From NCBI GenBank assembly GCA_046289975.1, contig JBKBUQ010000002.1, forward strand, positions 1 to 61,146: 61,146 bases of DNA. Direction: 5' to 3'. The position numbers and the translations under genes are program-made. The stretch comes from Flavobacteriales bacterium (lineage in GTDB: Bacteria > Bacteroidota > Bacteroidia > Flavobacteriales_D > UBA2798). Position 1 is the stretch's first letter. Every line of letters starts with the position of its first letter. Below, piece after piece: positions 47,498 through 58,230 of this stretch. Below the pieces are notes generated by a model. It had not been told where the DNA came from and ran no database searches. It worked only from the letters and a program-made list of their open reading frames with translations.

Positions 47498-48100
47498 ATG
47501 TTACGAAGGCTGTTCCTTTTGCTGATTGTTTGCTGCACCATGCAGACTGCACGTGCGCAGTATTTTGGCTTTGGTCAGCTTTTCATTCAAATGATTTTTT
47601 CCTGGGAAGAAGGCGGTTACGAAGCAAAACATACCTGGTTCAATGATGAGCCCGCTTACCTGCACGGTTTACGTGGCGGATGGTACGTTAATCAGGAAAA
47701 TACCCTGCTGCTTGGGTTTTCCATGTATGCAGGATCAACAACCATCAACGAGCAGTTTTCGCTTTATAGCAGGCAACGGTTTACCACCTTTTATTCTACC
47801 TTGTTTATGAGCAAGACCTACCGCGCCGATCAACCCATTCAGATTGAAGTGCTGGGTCATATAGGCTACGGATTTGCACAATTGGAAGCATTAGGTTTTG
47901 GCGCACCTCCAACGTCCTATTCGGGATATCTGTTGCTTGAGCCCAACGTAAATGCCTCCTTTGCTCTGGGAAATGTTTGTCGAATCGGTGCAGGCATCGG
48001 TTATCGTCAGCTGGGTAAGATTCGCCTCAATGGTGCAGACACCTATTCGCTTAGCGGACCATCACTCAATGCCTTTATCAAGTTTGGCCGATTCCGGTAA
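47498..48100 (+). CDS. Hypothetical outer-membrane beta-barrel-like protein
   Basis: It has the signal peptide LFLLLIVCCTMQTARAQ, alternating aromatic/Gly pattern, and a C-terminal ...FIKFGRFR. Confidence 0.5.
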   Translation: MLRRLFLLLIVCCTMQTARAQYFGFGQLFIQMIFSWEEGGYEAKHTWFNDEPAYLHGLRGGWYVNQENTLLLGFSMYAGSTTINEQFSLYSRQRFTTFYSTLFMSKTYRADQPIQIEVLGHIGYGFAQLEALGFGAPPTSYSGYLLLEPNVNASFALGNVCRIGAGIGYRQLGKIRLNGADTYSLSGPSLNAFIKFGRFR

Positions 48101-48185
48101 TTGTTTTTCCTTTTTCCTTTTTCCTTAACGCGTTTGTTGCTCCAATTGCAATTGATCCACTGATTTTGCGACCTTCGTGCTGATT

Positions 48186-48671
48186 ATGGCTGAAGAATTA
48201 CATATCGATACAACTGCAGGTAAAGAAGCAATTTACCAATCCTTACTTCCGCAACTCGACGCATTGGTAGAGGGAGAAGACGATCTTATTGCAAATCTTT
48301 CCAATCTGATGGCGGCATTGCGTTCGGCATTCGGTTTTTTCTGGGTGGGGGTGTATCGTGTAAGCGGCAACGAACTTGTACTCGGACCATTCCAGGGCAG
48401 TATTGCCTGCACACGTATTGCGAAAGGAAAGGGTGTTTGCGGTGCTTGCTGGGAAAAAGAGGTCAGTATCATTGTGCCCGATGTGGATGCCTTTCCCGGG
48501 CATATTGCCTGCAGCTCGCTTTCACGTTCTGAGATCGTGATTCCTGTTAAAAATGCAAAAAATGAGTTGGTAATGATACTCGATGTAGACAGCGACCGTT
48601 TAAATGATTTTGATGAAACCGATCGAATTTATCTTGAAAAAGTTGCTGCTTTAATCGGAAAGATGTGCTGA
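48186..48671 (+). CDS. msrC: GAF-domain free methionine-(R)-sulfoxide reductase-like protein
   Basis: FWVGVYRV.GNELVLGPFQGSIACTRIAKGKGVCGACW...VPDVDAFPGHIACSSLSRSEIVIPV matches the YebR/MsrC family core. Confidence 0.8.
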   Translation: MAEELHIDTTAGKEAIYQSLLPQLDALVEGEDDLIANLSNLMAALRSAFGFFWVGVYRVSGNELVLGPFQGSIACTRIAKGKGVCGACWEKEVSIIVPDVDAFPGHIACSSLSRSEIVIPVKNAKNELVMILDVDSDRLNDFDETDRIYLEKVAALIGKMC

Positions 48672-50281
48672 TGAAATTGCCTGTCTTTTATATCCTCCTG
48701 CTTTTGGTTGTGCTTCAATCCTGCGCGCAAATGGCTGTTCCTACAGGTGGAGAAAAAGATAGAACGCCACCCGCCTTGGTGGAAGAACAATGTGTTCCGC
48801 GTAATGGAAGTACGATGTTCAACGGAAAAAAAATCCGTTTGGAGTTTGACGAATACATCAAGTTGAATAATCCGCAGCAACAGGTTCTTATTTCACCATC
48901 GCTCAATGGTACCGTAAAATATGTGCAGAAAGGAAAAACCCTCGAACTGGAGTTGCCCGGAGAGCTTTTGCCGAATACAACCTATACCCTTTTTTTTGGT
49001 CAGGCGGTAGCTGATATCACCGAAGGAAACATCGCAGCAGAATTGCAGTTTGTGTTTTCTACCGGACCGATTCTCGATTCGCTGATGGTTACAGGTAAAG
49101 TTCAAAATGCCTTTACTTCTGGTCCGGAAAAGGGAGTGCTGGTGGGATTGTATGCCGACGATGATTCTGCTTTTTACAATCAGAAACCAAGGTATTTGGC
49201 TATTACCGATCCAGCCGGTGTATTCAGAATAAAAAATGTTTCCGGCGGAACGTTTCGATTGTATGCCTTGCGTGATCTCAACGGAAATCTGATGTACGAT
49301 CTCCCCGGAGAGGAAGCAGCGTTTTTTCCGGGCACTATTGATCCTTCAAACCAAAAGGAAGAATTGGTTTTGCCATTGATCAAAGAACAAAAAGAAAAAT
49401 GGTTTTTACGCAAACGCGAATTTAACGAACCGGGCAGGGGGATGCTTGTGCTTAGCCGTATCCCCGAAAAAATTCCGCAATTGTATTCCGGAAAAAGCGA
49501 AGGGGAGTTTTCTGCAGTGGAAAATATTCGGTTGAGTAACGATACCTTGTTGTATTGGATCACCAATCCTGAACACAATGAGCTTCGAGTGGAAATTAAA
49601 GATGCCAATGATCAGCTTTTGTTAAACGACACCATTCGCCTGTCACGCGATGCAAAACGACGCGAACGGGAATTGGCATTGCCGCTAAAACCCGATATGA
49701 ATTTTTCTGGTAATGCCGATCGCTTCTCCAAAATGAGTTTTTCATTGCGCGATCCGATTGCTTCACAACAAGAAGTTTCTCTCCCTTTTTTTAATGATTC
49801 ACTGTCCTCAGTGCTGGCATTTACACGTGCCGATGAGCGTCGGTATATTAGTGCGCACTCCTTTTTACGTGCAGCGCAGGAAAACTATATGCTCATTTTT
49901 CCGGAGGGAAGCATAAGCGATGTGTTCGGTAGAAAAAATGTACAGGACACTGTTCGCTTTAAAGTGCACAAGGAAGAGTTTTACGGAAAACTCCTTCTGC
50001 AATTTTCTCCGGGGAGCTATTCCGGACTTATTTTACAGTTGGTGAACGACCGAAATGTGGTGTTAACCGAAAAAAGTATAAGTACTGCAGGTGTTATTGA
50101 ATTTCCGAATCTTCGTCCGGGAAATTACCGTTTGCGGATCATTGTGGATAGCAACAAAGATGGCAAATGGTCGACGGGAGAATTGTTTGCACGTATTCCG
50201 CCTGAAACGGTATTGGTGTATCCATCGATAATTACAATCCGCTCCAATTGGGATTTTGAAGTGGAGTGGAAATTGGATTGA
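48671..50281 (+). CDS. Ig-like (SbsA/Big_5-type) domain lipoprotein
   Basis: MKLPVFYILLLLVVLQSC lipobox followed by PTGGEKDRTPP. The ATG overlaps the upstream TGA by 1 nt. Confidence 0.65.
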   Translation: MKLPVFYILLLLVVLQSCAQMAVPTGGEKDRTPPALVEEQCVPRNGSTMFNGKKIRLEFDEYIKLNNPQQQVLISPSLNGTVKYVQKGKTLELELPGELLPNTTYTLFFGQAVADITEGNIAAELQFVFSTGPILDSLMVTGKVQNAFTSGPEKGVLVGLYADDDSAFYNQKPRYLAITDPAGVFRIKNVSGGTFRLYALRDLNGNLMYDLPGEEAAFFPGTIDPSNQKEELVLPLIKEQKEKWFLRKREFNEPGRGMLVLSRIPEKIPQLYSGKSEGEFSAVENIRLSNDTLLYWITNPEHNELRVEIKDANDQLLLNDTIRLSRDAKRRERELALPLKPDMNFSGNADRFSKMSFSLRDPIASQQEVSLPFFNDSLSSVLAFTRADERRYISAHSFLRAAQENYMLIFPEGSISDVFGRKNVQDTVRFKVHKEEFYGKLLLQFSPGSYSGLILQLVNDRNVVLTEKSISTAGVIEFPNLRPGNYRLRIIVDSNKDGKWSTGELFARIPPETVLVYPSIITIRSNWDFEVEWKLD

Positions 50282-50296
50282 ATCATCCGAAAAGCA

Positions 50297-50752
50297 TCAG
50301 CACTCTCCGAATAGCTCGATCAGTTTTTTTCTACGGTAGGCAAAAATGCTTTCAACTTTTTTGCGGACAAACAAACCATTGGCCAGCTTACCAAGCACTC
50401 CCAACGGAACGCGGTAATCGATGATATCGGTCATTTCTACTCCGCCTTCTACTTCGCGGAAATGATGTTGGTGGTGCCAAACGGCATAAGGGCCCTGACG
50501 TTGTTCATCGACAAAAAAATGCGGTTCGTTTACATGCGTAATTTCCGTAACCCATTTTGTTGGAATACCCATTAGTGGTTTTACAGTGTAATGAATGAAC
50601 AATCCCGAATACATTTTTTCAGGGATTTCGGAACGAATGAAAAACCCCATTTCGGAGGGTGTTATTGCAGCGAGATTTTTTGGGGAAGAGAAAAAATCCC
50701 AAGCTTCCTGCATTGAGAGCGGGAGGCGCTGAACGGTTTTAAGTGTGTGCAT
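50297..50752 (-). CDS. SRPBCC-superfamily protein (COG4276-like)
   Basis: A 151-aa protein with a ...FVDEQRQGPYAVWHHQHHF... core. Confidence 0.7.
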   Translation of the reverse strand: MHTLKTVQRLPLSMQEAWDFFSSPKNLAAITPSEMGFFIRSEIPEKMYSGLFIHYTVKPLMGIPTKWVTEITHVNEPHFFVDEQRQGPYAVWHHQHHFREVEGGVEMTDIIDYRVPLGVLGKLANGLFVRKKVESIFAYRRKKLIELFGEC

Positions 50753-50806
50753 AGGAGAATAACTTCCAATAGGGGAAATTGTTCAGTGCAAGAAAAGTAA
50801 TGAGGG

Positions 50807-51604
50807 TTATTTCTGCAAATGAGGAAGCACATGTTTTTCCAGCAAAGTGCGGAATTCGCTCAGAGGAATCATGTTCGGGCCATCAGAAAGGGCTTTGTCC
50901 GGATCGCGGTGTACTTCAAAAAAGAATCCGTTGGCACCAACCGCTGCTGCTGCCGATGCAAGTAAAGGTGCATACTCGCGATTACCACCACTTTTGCCCC
51001 CTGCGCCGCCGGGTTTTTGTGTGCTGTGTGTGACATCCATACACACCGGGTAACCAAAGGATTTCATATCGGCGATATTGCGGAAATCCACAACCAGATT
51101 ATTGTAGCCAAACATTGTTCCGCGCTCCGTTAGCATTATTTTTTCGTTACCCGTACTTTTTACTTTGTTCACAGGAAATTGCATTTCTGCTCCCGAAAGA
51201 AATTGTGCTTTTTTGATGTTCACAACCCTGCCTGTTGTTGCAGAGGCAAGTAATAAATCTGTTTGTCGGCACAAAAATGCCGGAATCTGCAAAATGTCAG
51301 CTACCTCTGCAATGGCAGTAGCCTGGTTGCTCTCGTGGATATCTGTGGTTACTGCAAGTCCAAGTTCTTTTTTTACTTTTTCCAGGATGCGTAATCCTTC
51401 TTCCATTCCTCCTCCGCGGTACGAATCAACACTGGTGCGATTGGCTTTGTCAAATGAGGCTTTGAACACATAGGTAAATCCCAGATCGTTTGCTATGGCA
51501 CTCAGCTGTTCTGCAAGATCCATCACCATGGATTCACCTTCAATTACGCAAGGACCGGCAATAAGGAAGGGTCCTTTGCAAATACGGGAATAGAGATCAG
51601 TCAT
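50807..51604 (-). CDS. kdsA: 3-deoxy-8-phosphooctulonate (KDO-8-P) synthase
   Basis: [36 protein letters not shown] and DVTHS motifs. The start is placed at MTDLYS, overlapping the kdsD stop by 8 nt. Confidence 0.92.
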   Translation of the reverse strand: MTDLYSRICKGPFLIAGPCVIEGESMVMDLAEQLSAIANDLGFTYVFKASFDKANRTSVDSYRGGGMEEGLRILEKVKKELGLAVTTDIHESNQATAIAEVADILQIPAFLCRQTDLLLASATTGRVVNIKKAQFLSGAEMQFPVNKVKSTGNEKIMLTERGTMFGYNNLVVDFRNIADMKSFGYPVCMDVTHSTQKPGGAGGKSGGNREYAPLLASAAAAVGANGFFFEVHRDPDKALSDGPNMIPLSEFRTLLEKHVLPHLQK

Positions 51605-52568
51605 TATTGATGCTGTAAAGTTGTACGATTCCTGCAAGCTTGTTTTTTTCGACAACCAGCAGGGATGCGATTTTCAGTTTGCTCATCATTTCTTCTGCTT
51701 CGGCAAGCTTCATGCTTTTGGCAATCGCTCTTGGTTTGGCAGTCATGATATCGCTCGCTTTTTTGCTGAATAATTTTTCCTTGTGTTTGTCCATCGCCCT
51801 GCGCAAATCGCCATCGGTAATAATTCCTTTTACTGTTTTATCCACCTGCACAACGGCCAGTCCAAGCCGACCTTTGGTCATTATGGCAATAACATCACTC
51901 AAGGTAGTTGATGGTGTTACCAGCGGTAAATGCTCACGAAACATCACTTGTTCTACAGTGGTTAACAGTTTTCTGCCCAGACTCCCACCGGGATGGAATT
52001 GTGCAAAATCTTCGGAGCGGAATTTTCTTGCTTTCATCAGCGCAACAGCCATTGCATCTCCCATTGCGAGCGTGGCAGTGGTGGAAGAAGTGGGAGCCAG
52101 TTCGAGCGGACAAGCTTCCTTATGTACTTTCACGTTGAGGTGAGCGGTAGAGTTGCGTGCCAATGTGCTTTTCGGGTTACCGGTGATGGAGAGCAATGCA
52201 ATTTTGCGATCGCGGATAAAAGGAACGATGCGCAATAATTCTTCTGTTTCTCCGGAGTAGGAGATCGCCAGAAACACATCTTCTTTTTTGAGCATACCCA
52301 AATCGCCGTGAAAGGCCTCAACAGGGTGCATAAACAGCGAAGGCGTTCCTGTGCTTGCCATGGTTGCGGCAATCTTGCGCGCTATGATTCCTGATTTCCC
52401 AACACCCGAAATCACCAACCGGCCTTTGTTGCGCAGAATGGTTTCGATGGCGAGATCGAAGGAAGCATCCAGCAATGCAGACAGATCGGCAATAGCTTTG
52501 GCTTCAATGCGAAAAACCTCGCGGGCATGAGTTCGGTGTGGTGCGGCCATAGACAAGAATTCCGCCAA
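51597..52568 (-). CDS. kdsD: Arabinose-5-phosphate isomerase (KpsF/GutQ family; SIS domain plus two CBS domains)
   Basis: [29 protein letters not shown] in the SIS domain, and a C-terminal CBS pair. Confidence 0.92.
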   Translation of the reverse strand: MAEFLSMAAPHRTHAREVFRIEAKAIADLSALLDASFDLAIETILRNKGRLVISGVGKSGIIARKIAATMASTGTPSLFMHPVEAFHGDLGMLKKEDVFLAISYSGETEELLRIVPFIRDRKIALLSITGNPKSTLARNSTAHLNVKVHKEACPLELAPTSSTTATLAMGDAMAVALMKARKFRSEDFAQFHPGGSLGRKLLTTVEQVMFREHLPLVTPSTTLSDVIAIMTKGRLGLAVVQVDKTVKGIITDGDLRRAMDKHKEKLFSKKASDIMTAKPRAIAKSMKLAEAEEMMSKLKIASLLVVEKNKLAGIVQLYSINND

Positions 52569-52589
52569 AGATAAGCAAGGCAGATCAGA

Positions 52590-53258
52590 TCAGCACTCTA
52601 AACACTGAAAAGCGAGGTGCTCCAGCCATTCTTTCAGTGTGGACGCGCTTTTTCGGATGCTGGTGAGGCTTTTGAGGTGTTCGGAGAGGAATTGCTGCTG
52701 GTGTGCCGATTCGATAAGCGTAGTACTCAAACTTGCGGCGTAAGGATAGTCCGGACGATTAAGCTGAATGATCTCCGTAAGTGTTTTGCACAGGGATTTA
52801 TAATTCCCGAAAAATCCTTCAGTGTTTTCCTGATCCACATCCATGGTTTGAAACACCTTGGCCGATTCGCGGATTACTATGCGGTGCAGACGACTCTCGT
52901 CAACGTGAGCAATGGTTAAGTCTTCCTGATCCGATTGGGTGAGCTGCTCAATGGCTAGCGACAATTGCGTTTTCGGATTGGAAATATTGTGAATGGAAAA
53001 CTGAATGCGGCATTCCACCCAGGCCCAATACCAGTTGAAAAGATAGACCAGCAGTTTGTGTTTGTTTTCGAAATAGCGATAAATGGAAGCTTCTCCAGAT
53101 TCAATATGCTCGGCCAGTTTCCGAAAGGTGAATTTTTCGAAACCAATTTCCTCCAGCAAAACAATACTCTCTTTGATAATGCGTTTTCCCAATTCGGTTT
53201 CAAGCGGATCACGCAAAAAGAGTTTGTTGCAAACCTCTACATGCAGGGTGATGGTCAT
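52590..53258 (-). CDS. TetR/AcrR-family transcriptional regulator
   Basis: N-terminal [35 protein letters not shown]. Confidence 0.8.
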   Translation of the reverse strand: MTITLHVEVCNKLFLRDPLETELGKRIIKESIVLLEEIGFEKFTFRKLAEHIESGEASIYRYFENKHKLLVYLFNWYWAWVECRIQFSIHNISNPKTQLSLAIEQLTQSDQEDLTIAHVDESRLHRIVIRESAKVFQTMDVDQENTEGFFGNYKSLCKTLTEIIQLNRPDYPYAASLSTTLIESAHQQQFLSEHLKSLTSIRKSASTLKEWLEHLAFQCLEC

Positions 53259-53899
53259 TGGTTTTCGTTATCGAATTTAAATGTGTAAAGCGGATCTATG
53301 GGAGCATTGGGTTCTACAACAGTAATTTCTTTAATTATTCCATTGTTCAATCCGTAAATCCAACCGTGCAGCATCGGACGTTTATGTGTTTTCCACGCGC
53401 GCTGAATTATGGAAGTTTCTGCAAGGTGATTCACCTGCTCCATTACATTCAGTTCGCACAAACGATCAACTCTGCTGTTTTCATCTTTGATGGTTTCCAT
53501 TTCTGAACGGTTCGCACGGTACACATCTTTGATATTGCGCAACCATTTGTTAATCAGTCCAAGATGATTTTGTGTCATCGCCGCACGCACGCCACCACAA
53601 CCGTAATGACCACAAACGATAATGTGTTTTACTTCCAGTACTTCAACGGCGTATTGCAACACGCTTAACAGATTAAGGTCGGTATGCACTACCAGGTTGG
53701 CAATGTTGCGGTGCACAAACATTTCGCCTGGTTCGGTATTGGTAATTTCATTGGCAGGAACACGGCTGTCTGAACATCCTATCCAAAGAAATTCAGGTTT
53801 CTGGTCGCGCGCCATCCTTGGGAAATACGAAGGATCATTCGCTGTTTTTAGACCAGCCCATGCTTTGTTTTCTAGAAGAAGTTTTTCGTAGGATTTCAT
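53255..53899 (-). CDS. can: Beta-class carbonic anhydrase
   Basis: Zinc ligand context: [22 protein letters not shown] and [10 protein letters not shown]. Confidence 0.92.
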   Translation of the reverse strand: MKSYEKLLLENKAWAGLKTANDPSYFPRMARDQKPEFLWIGCSDSRVPANEITNTEPGEMFVHRNIANLVVHTDLNLLSVLQYAVEVLEVKHIIVCGHYGCGGVRAAMTQNHLGLINKWLRNIKDVYRANRSEMETIKDENSRVDRLCELNVMEQVNHLAETSIIQRAWKTHKRPMLHGWIYGLNNGIIKEITVVEPNAPIDPLYTFKFDNENQ

Positions 53900-55419
53900 T
53901 GGATGATGATGTTTTTTAATTCGACTTTAATGTTTTTGTTCTGCGCCTTCTCCATGAAGGTGAGGATCTCTTCCTGCACGTCGCGATCAATAAACGTAGC
54001 ATTTGTTCCGTCGATAAGCAGCAGCTCAGCATCGTTTACCTCGTTCAGTTTTTTTCTGATCTCCGGTTTGTTCAAAAAGGAAACGTCTTTGTTTAATTTG
54101 ATCAGCACATTGTTTCCGGAACGGAAAAGGTGAACGGCGGATTTAAAATTAGCCTTGATTACAAAATAGATTCCTGCTACAAGTCCGATCAGAATTCCAA
54201 TCAGCAAATCGCTCAATAAAATGGCAACAATGGTAATGGCAAAAGGAATAAATTGAGACATCCCCTTTTTAATTTGCTTGCTGATAATTTTAAAACTGGT
54301 CAGTTTGTATCCCACCATCAGTAAAATCGCCGCAAGCGCACTTTTGGGAATGAGATTGAGGAGCGAAGGAATGGCCATGATGCTCACCAGCAAAAAGAAA
54401 CCGTGGGTTACTGCTGCAACTTTTGTTCGTGCTCCTGCAGTGATATTGGCAGAGCTTCTAACTACAACAGCAGTAACAGGCAATCCACCCAACATTCCGG
54501 AAAAAATATTTCCAACACCTTGCGCAACGAGTTCCCGGTTGGGTGGAGTGGTGCGGTTCCATGGATCAAGACGGTCTGCTGCTTCAATACTCAGCAAGGT
54601 TTCGATAGAGGCTACCAGCGCAAGAGTAATTGCAGTTACCCATACAATTGGTAAATTGATCGCAGTGTGAAAATCCGGTATGCGAATTTCAGCAACGAGA
54701 CTGTCCACGCTGTTGATTTTTGGCAGAGTCACCAAATGATCGCCTTTCATTTCCCACTCAGAAAAACTGCCTGCGAAAAGCATATTAAGACCAACTCCCG
54801 CAAACACTACAAGCAACGCAGATGGAATCAGTGAGAGAATACGATTGGATTTAAAAAACCTGGTATCCCACAACAGAAGAATTCCAATTCCAATCAAACA
54901 AATTATCACTGCGCCAAAATTGGGATTGGTAAATGCGTAATACAATTCGGAGAAGGTGTTGTGACCATCAGCCTGCAAAAAACTTTCGTCGCCTTCAAAA
55001 TCCTTATCGAACCCAACGGCATGCGGAATTTGTTTCATAATTAATATCAATCCGATGGCTGCAAGCATTCCCATAATCACTGAAGAGGGAATAAATCCCG
55101 CAAAAAGACCAAGTCGGAGTGCACCGAACAGCAACTGTATCAGTCCTGCAATAACAACCGCTGCAAGAAACACTTCAAAGCTGGGTAATACACCCAAAGC
55201 TGTAATGATGATGGAGGTGAGTCCTGCAGCCGGCCCACTAACGCTCAAGGGCGAGCCACTAATAGTACCTACTATAATTCCGCCAACTATACCCGCAATA
55301 ATACCCGAAAATGCCGGAGCTCCAGAGGCCAGGGCAATGCCCAGACAGAGCGGAATAGCCACTAGAAATACAACAAGGCCGGCTTTAATGTCTTGAGGAT
55401 GAAAACGTTTTGGTGTCAT
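53896..55419 (-). CDS. SulP-family anion (bicarbonate/sulfate) transporter with a C-terminal STAS domain
   Basis: A 507-aa polytopic protein with [21 protein letters not shown]. Its 4-nt overlap with the carbonic anhydrase gene indicates an operon. Confidence 0.88.
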   Translation of the reverse strand: MTPKRFHPQDIKAGLVVFLVAIPLCLGIALASGAPAFSGIIAGIVGGIIVGTISGSPLSVSGPAAGLTSIIITALGVLPSFEVFLAAVVIAGLIQLLFGALRLGLFAGFIPSSVIMGMLAAIGLILIMKQIPHAVGFDKDFEGDESFLQADGHNTFSELYYAFTNPNFGAVIICLIGIGILLLWDTRFFKSNRILSLIPSALLVVFAGVGLNMLFAGSFSEWEMKGDHLVTLPKINSVDSLVAEIRIPDFHTAINLPIVWVTAITLALVASIETLLSIEAADRLDPWNRTTPPNRELVAQGVGNIFSGMLGGLPVTAVVVRSSANITAGARTKVAAVTHGFFLLVSIMAIPSLLNLIPKSALAAILLMVGYKLTSFKIISKQIKKGMSQFIPFAITIVAILLSDLLIGILIGLVAGIYFVIKANFKSAVHLFRSGNNVLIKLNKDVSFLNKPEIRKKLNEVNDAELLLIDGTNATFIDRDVQEEILTFMEKAQNKNIKVELKNIIIQ

Positions 55420-55763
55420 TGAAGGCTTGCTGTTTGGTTTGGAAGTAATGCTTTCAAAGATAGTATTATTAATTAATGAACGGCTGTACTACTCCAAGGA
55501 TACAAAGGGTATTTAAAGGGATTTCCGAGGCTTACGGTCGGGACAGGTGGGAGGGGAACGAGAACGAGAATCCCGACGCTCCTATGCAGGTCGGTCGGGA
55601 CAGGTGGGAACGAAGACGAATTTCAATTCACCAATTTCCGATAAGCCAATTTCCAACAAGGAGGGTTTAGTTTGGTTGGTGATACCAATCTGATTTAGTT
55701 TTTAGAGGAACCGCAAAGGGAAAGAGGGAGGAAGTAACAGTGGAAGGACACGAATTGCCTGCT

Positions 55764-55847
55764 ATGTCACCGTTCACCGTTCACTGTTCACCGTTTACTG
55801 TTCACCGTTCACCGTTTACTGTTCACCTTTCACCATTTACTGTTCCC
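55764..55847. repeat. Heptamer tandem array (12 units of YGTTYAC-like) with 21-nt higher-order periodicity
   Basis: atgtcac cgttcac cgttcac tgttcac cgtttac tgttcac cgttcac cgtttac tgttcac ctttcac catttac tgttccc. Confidence 0.9.
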
Positions 55848-55913
55848 ACATTAACCCAACTAATTCTTTGATGTTAAGGATATAAATAAGAAGTTTGCGC
55901 AAAAATTATTGCG

Positions 55914-56885
55914 ATGATCAAACACATTTTATTATTTGCTACTGTATTGTTTTCCGGATTGGTTCTTGGTCAGGAGGATGAGCTGAAGAAAAACGCACAG
56001 AAACTTACTCCGGGTAAAACGGATACCATTCAGGGTTGGAAAAAAGGAGGCTCAAGCTCGCTTACGTTTTCGCAGGTTTCACTTACCAATTGGGCAGCGG
56101 GCGGACAAAATTCCATCGCCTTTAACGGGGCGCTTAATGTTTATGCCAATTACAAAAAAGGACACAACACCTGGGACAACAACCTCGATCTCGGATTTGG
56201 TTTAGTGCGTCAGGGATTGGCGGATGTGCGCAAGAGCGACGACCGTATCGATTTTTCCAGCAAGTTTGGTAAGCAGGCATTCGGAAAACAGAATTTGTAT
56301 TATGCAACACTCTTTAACTTTCGTAGTCAGTTTGCGCCGGGATACAATTACCCTAACGACTCAGTGGTGATCTCGCGCTTTCTGGCACCGGGGTATTTTA
56401 CGCTGGCACTTGGTCTCGACTACAAACCTGTAAAAAACATGGCCATTTTCGTTGCGCCACTCACCGGCAGGATCACCGTAGTGAATGATCAACTGCTTGC
56501 CGATAACGGCGCATTCGGAGTGGAGAAAGCAACTTACGATACGGCAGGTGTAAAAATTACCAATGGAAAACGGACTTTTTCAGAGTTTGGTGGTTACCTC
56601 AAATTCACTTATAAATTTGACATTGGTAAATCAACAACCTACAGTACACGTCTCGATATTTTCTCCAATTACCTGCGCAATCCGCAAAATCTCGATATTA
56701 TGTGGGATAATAATCTTGTGATTAAAGTGAGCAAATACATTGGTGTAACATTTTCTGCTTTGATGATTTACGACGACGATACCAATATTGCAGTAGATAC
56801 CAATAGCGATGGAGTAGTAGATGGTGAAGGTCCTCGCTTGCAGTTTCGTCAGATTTTCGGAGTAGGTTTCTCATACAAATTTTGA
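55914..56885 (+). CDS. DUF3078-family outer-membrane beta-barrel protein
   Basis: It has a signal peptide and SLTFSQVSLTNWAAGGQNSIAFNGALNVYANY, and it ends in ...GVGFSYKF. Confidence 0.75.
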   Translation: MIKHILLFATVLFSGLVLGQEDELKKNAQKLTPGKTDTIQGWKKGGSSSLTFSQVSLTNWAAGGQNSIAFNGALNVYANYKKGHNTWDNNLDLGFGLVRQGLADVRKSDDRIDFSSKFGKQAFGKQNLYYATLFNFRSQFAPGYNYPNDSVVISRFLAPGYFTLALGLDYKPVKNMAIFVAPLTGRITVVNDQLLADNGAFGVEKATYDTAGVKITNGKRTFSEFGGYLKFTYKFDIGKSTTYSTRLDIFSNYLRNPQNLDIMWDNNLVIKVSKYIGVTFSALMIYDDDTNIAVDTNSDGVVDGEGPRLQFRQIFGVGFSYKF

Positions 56886-57577
56886 TGAAAAAAAACTGGC
56901 TGTTACCTGTTATTGCATTATTGCTCATCACCGGTGTGGGAATAGCCATTGCCGCATACATGAACAGTAAGGCCTACGAAGAGGCAGATGTGTTGCCGGT
57001 CTATAATCCATCCCAGGTGAATGATTCGCTGGTAGATCCATCCATGCACAATGTGGGAATGGGACACCGTGTGGGAGATTTTTCATTGTACGATCAGCGA
57101 GGTAGAACCATCACGCAAAAAGACCTGGAAGGAAAAATTTATGTCGCTGATTTTTTCTTTACCACCTGCAAAAGTATTTGTCCGAAAATGACATCACAAC
57201 TGCAGCGCATACAAGAAAAATACAAGAACAATGCACAGGTGATGATCCTTTCGCATACCGTTTTGCCCGAGGTCGACAGTGTTGAGACGATGATGAACTA
57301 CGCCATGCAGTACGGAGCGGATAACGACAAATGGTTATTTCTTACCGGAGAGAAAACGATGATTTATACCATGGCGCGGAAAAATTATTTCATCGTTAAA
57401 GAAGCCGAACAAGGTGGTGGCGACGGTGATGGCGATTTTATTCACACCGAAAATTTTGTACTCATCGATACCAAAAAACGCATCCGCGGATATTACGATG
57501 GCACCTCCAAAGAAGATGTAGATCGCTTGTTGGTGGATATGGATAAATTGTTGCGGGAGGAGGGCTTTCTTCGCTGA
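56882..57577 (+). CDS. SCO1/SenC-family thiol-disulfide/copper chaperone protein
   Basis: It has an N-terminal TM, the motif ADFFFTTCKSICPKM (CxxxC), and a downstream His context LSHTV. Confidence 0.85.
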   Translation: MMKKNWLLPVIALLLITGVGIAIAAYMNSKAYEEADVLPVYNPSQVNDSLVDPSMHNVGMGHRVGDFSLYDQRGRTITQKDLEGKIYVADFFFTTCKSICPKMTSQLQRIQEKYKNNAQVMILSHTVLPEVDSVETMMNYAMQYGADNDKWLFLTGEKTMIYTMARKNYFIVKEAEQGGGDGDGDFIHTENFVLIDTKKRIRGYYDGTSKEDVDRLLVDMDKLLREEGFLR

Positions 57578-57621
57578 AGCTTCCACCTTCGTTTCACTAC
57601 GGCGGACAAGAAGTCGGACAA

Positions 57622-57673
57622 GTGTGTAAGTGTGTTAATGTGCGAGTGTGCGAATGTGCGAATGTGCGAATGC
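57622..57673. repeat. Octamer tandem array (TGTGCGAA-like, about 6 units)
   Basis: gtgtgtaa gtgtgttaa tgtgcgag tgtgcgaa tgtgcgaa tgtgcgaa tgc. It is preceded by a duplicated CGGACAAG. Confidence 0.9.
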
Positions 57674-57909
57674 TGAAGACGGTAGTCTTATTCCTCACTT
57701 TTAGCTATGGCTGCTAAGGCTTAATTTTACCTCTAACCAAGACCTTCTGGTTGACACAGATGGACACTTCGACAGGGCATTACGGGTGGGGAAGGATGGA
57801 AGAGGAATATAACGAACTATAGGCTGTTAATATTAGATTTATCTGCTTTACACAAGGGAAATTTCTGATAGAATTTTGATTTTTGGTGGGCTTGAGGTAT
57901 CTTAATCCC

Positions 57910-58230
57910 ATGAAGGAAATTACAGAAGCGTTAGTAAAATTTCGTAATGAAAGAGATTGGGAACAATTCCACAATCCGAAAGATCTGGCAGTTGCTTTAA
58001 ATATTGAATCTGCTGAGCTTCTAGAGCTGTTTCTTTGGAAAAAACCGGAAGAAGCCAATTCAGAAAAAATCAAAGAGGAACTTGCTGATGTATTCGCTTA
58101 TGCTTTTTTGCTTGCGGAGAAATACAAACTTGATGTGAAAGATATTGTGTTGGAGAAAATAAAAAAGAATGGAGAGAAATACCCTGTTGATAAAGCAAAG
58201 GGAACTGCTAAAAAGTATGATGAGTTATGA
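57910..58230 (+). CDS. MazG-like nucleotide pyrophosphohydrolase (small all-alpha NTP-PPase, dCTPase-like)
   Basis: FRNERDWEQFHNPKDLAVALNIESAELLELFLWK...EELADVFAYAFLLAEKYKLD...KNGEKYP is the typical EExxE/ExxD MazG-like core. Its stop overlaps the next start (ATGA). Confidence 0.8.
   Translation: MKEITEALVKFRNERDWEQFHNPKDLAVALNIESAELLELFLWKKPEEANSEKIKEELADVFAYAFLLAEKYKLDVKDIVLEKIKKNGEKYPVDKAKGTAKKYDEL

Noticed and set aside
55476-55670. A 64-aa ORF (GRDRWEG...GRDRWER) in the SulP/DUF3078 spacer
   Set aside because: Its repeated peptide is simply the translation of the 17-nt DNA direct repeat. There is no plausible start context or family.
55764-55847. The possibility that the tandem arrays (also 57622-57673 and 61097-61146) are CRISPR arrays
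   Set aside because: The units are 7-8 nt and directly abutting, with no spacers, no repeats of 24 nt or longer and no cas genes. They are microsatellite-like arrays.
57780-58073. A 97-aa minus-strand ORF overlapping the start of the MazG-like gene
   Set aside because: It is antisense to a CDS with clear MazG motifs, has Ser-rich low-complexity sequence and shows no motif.
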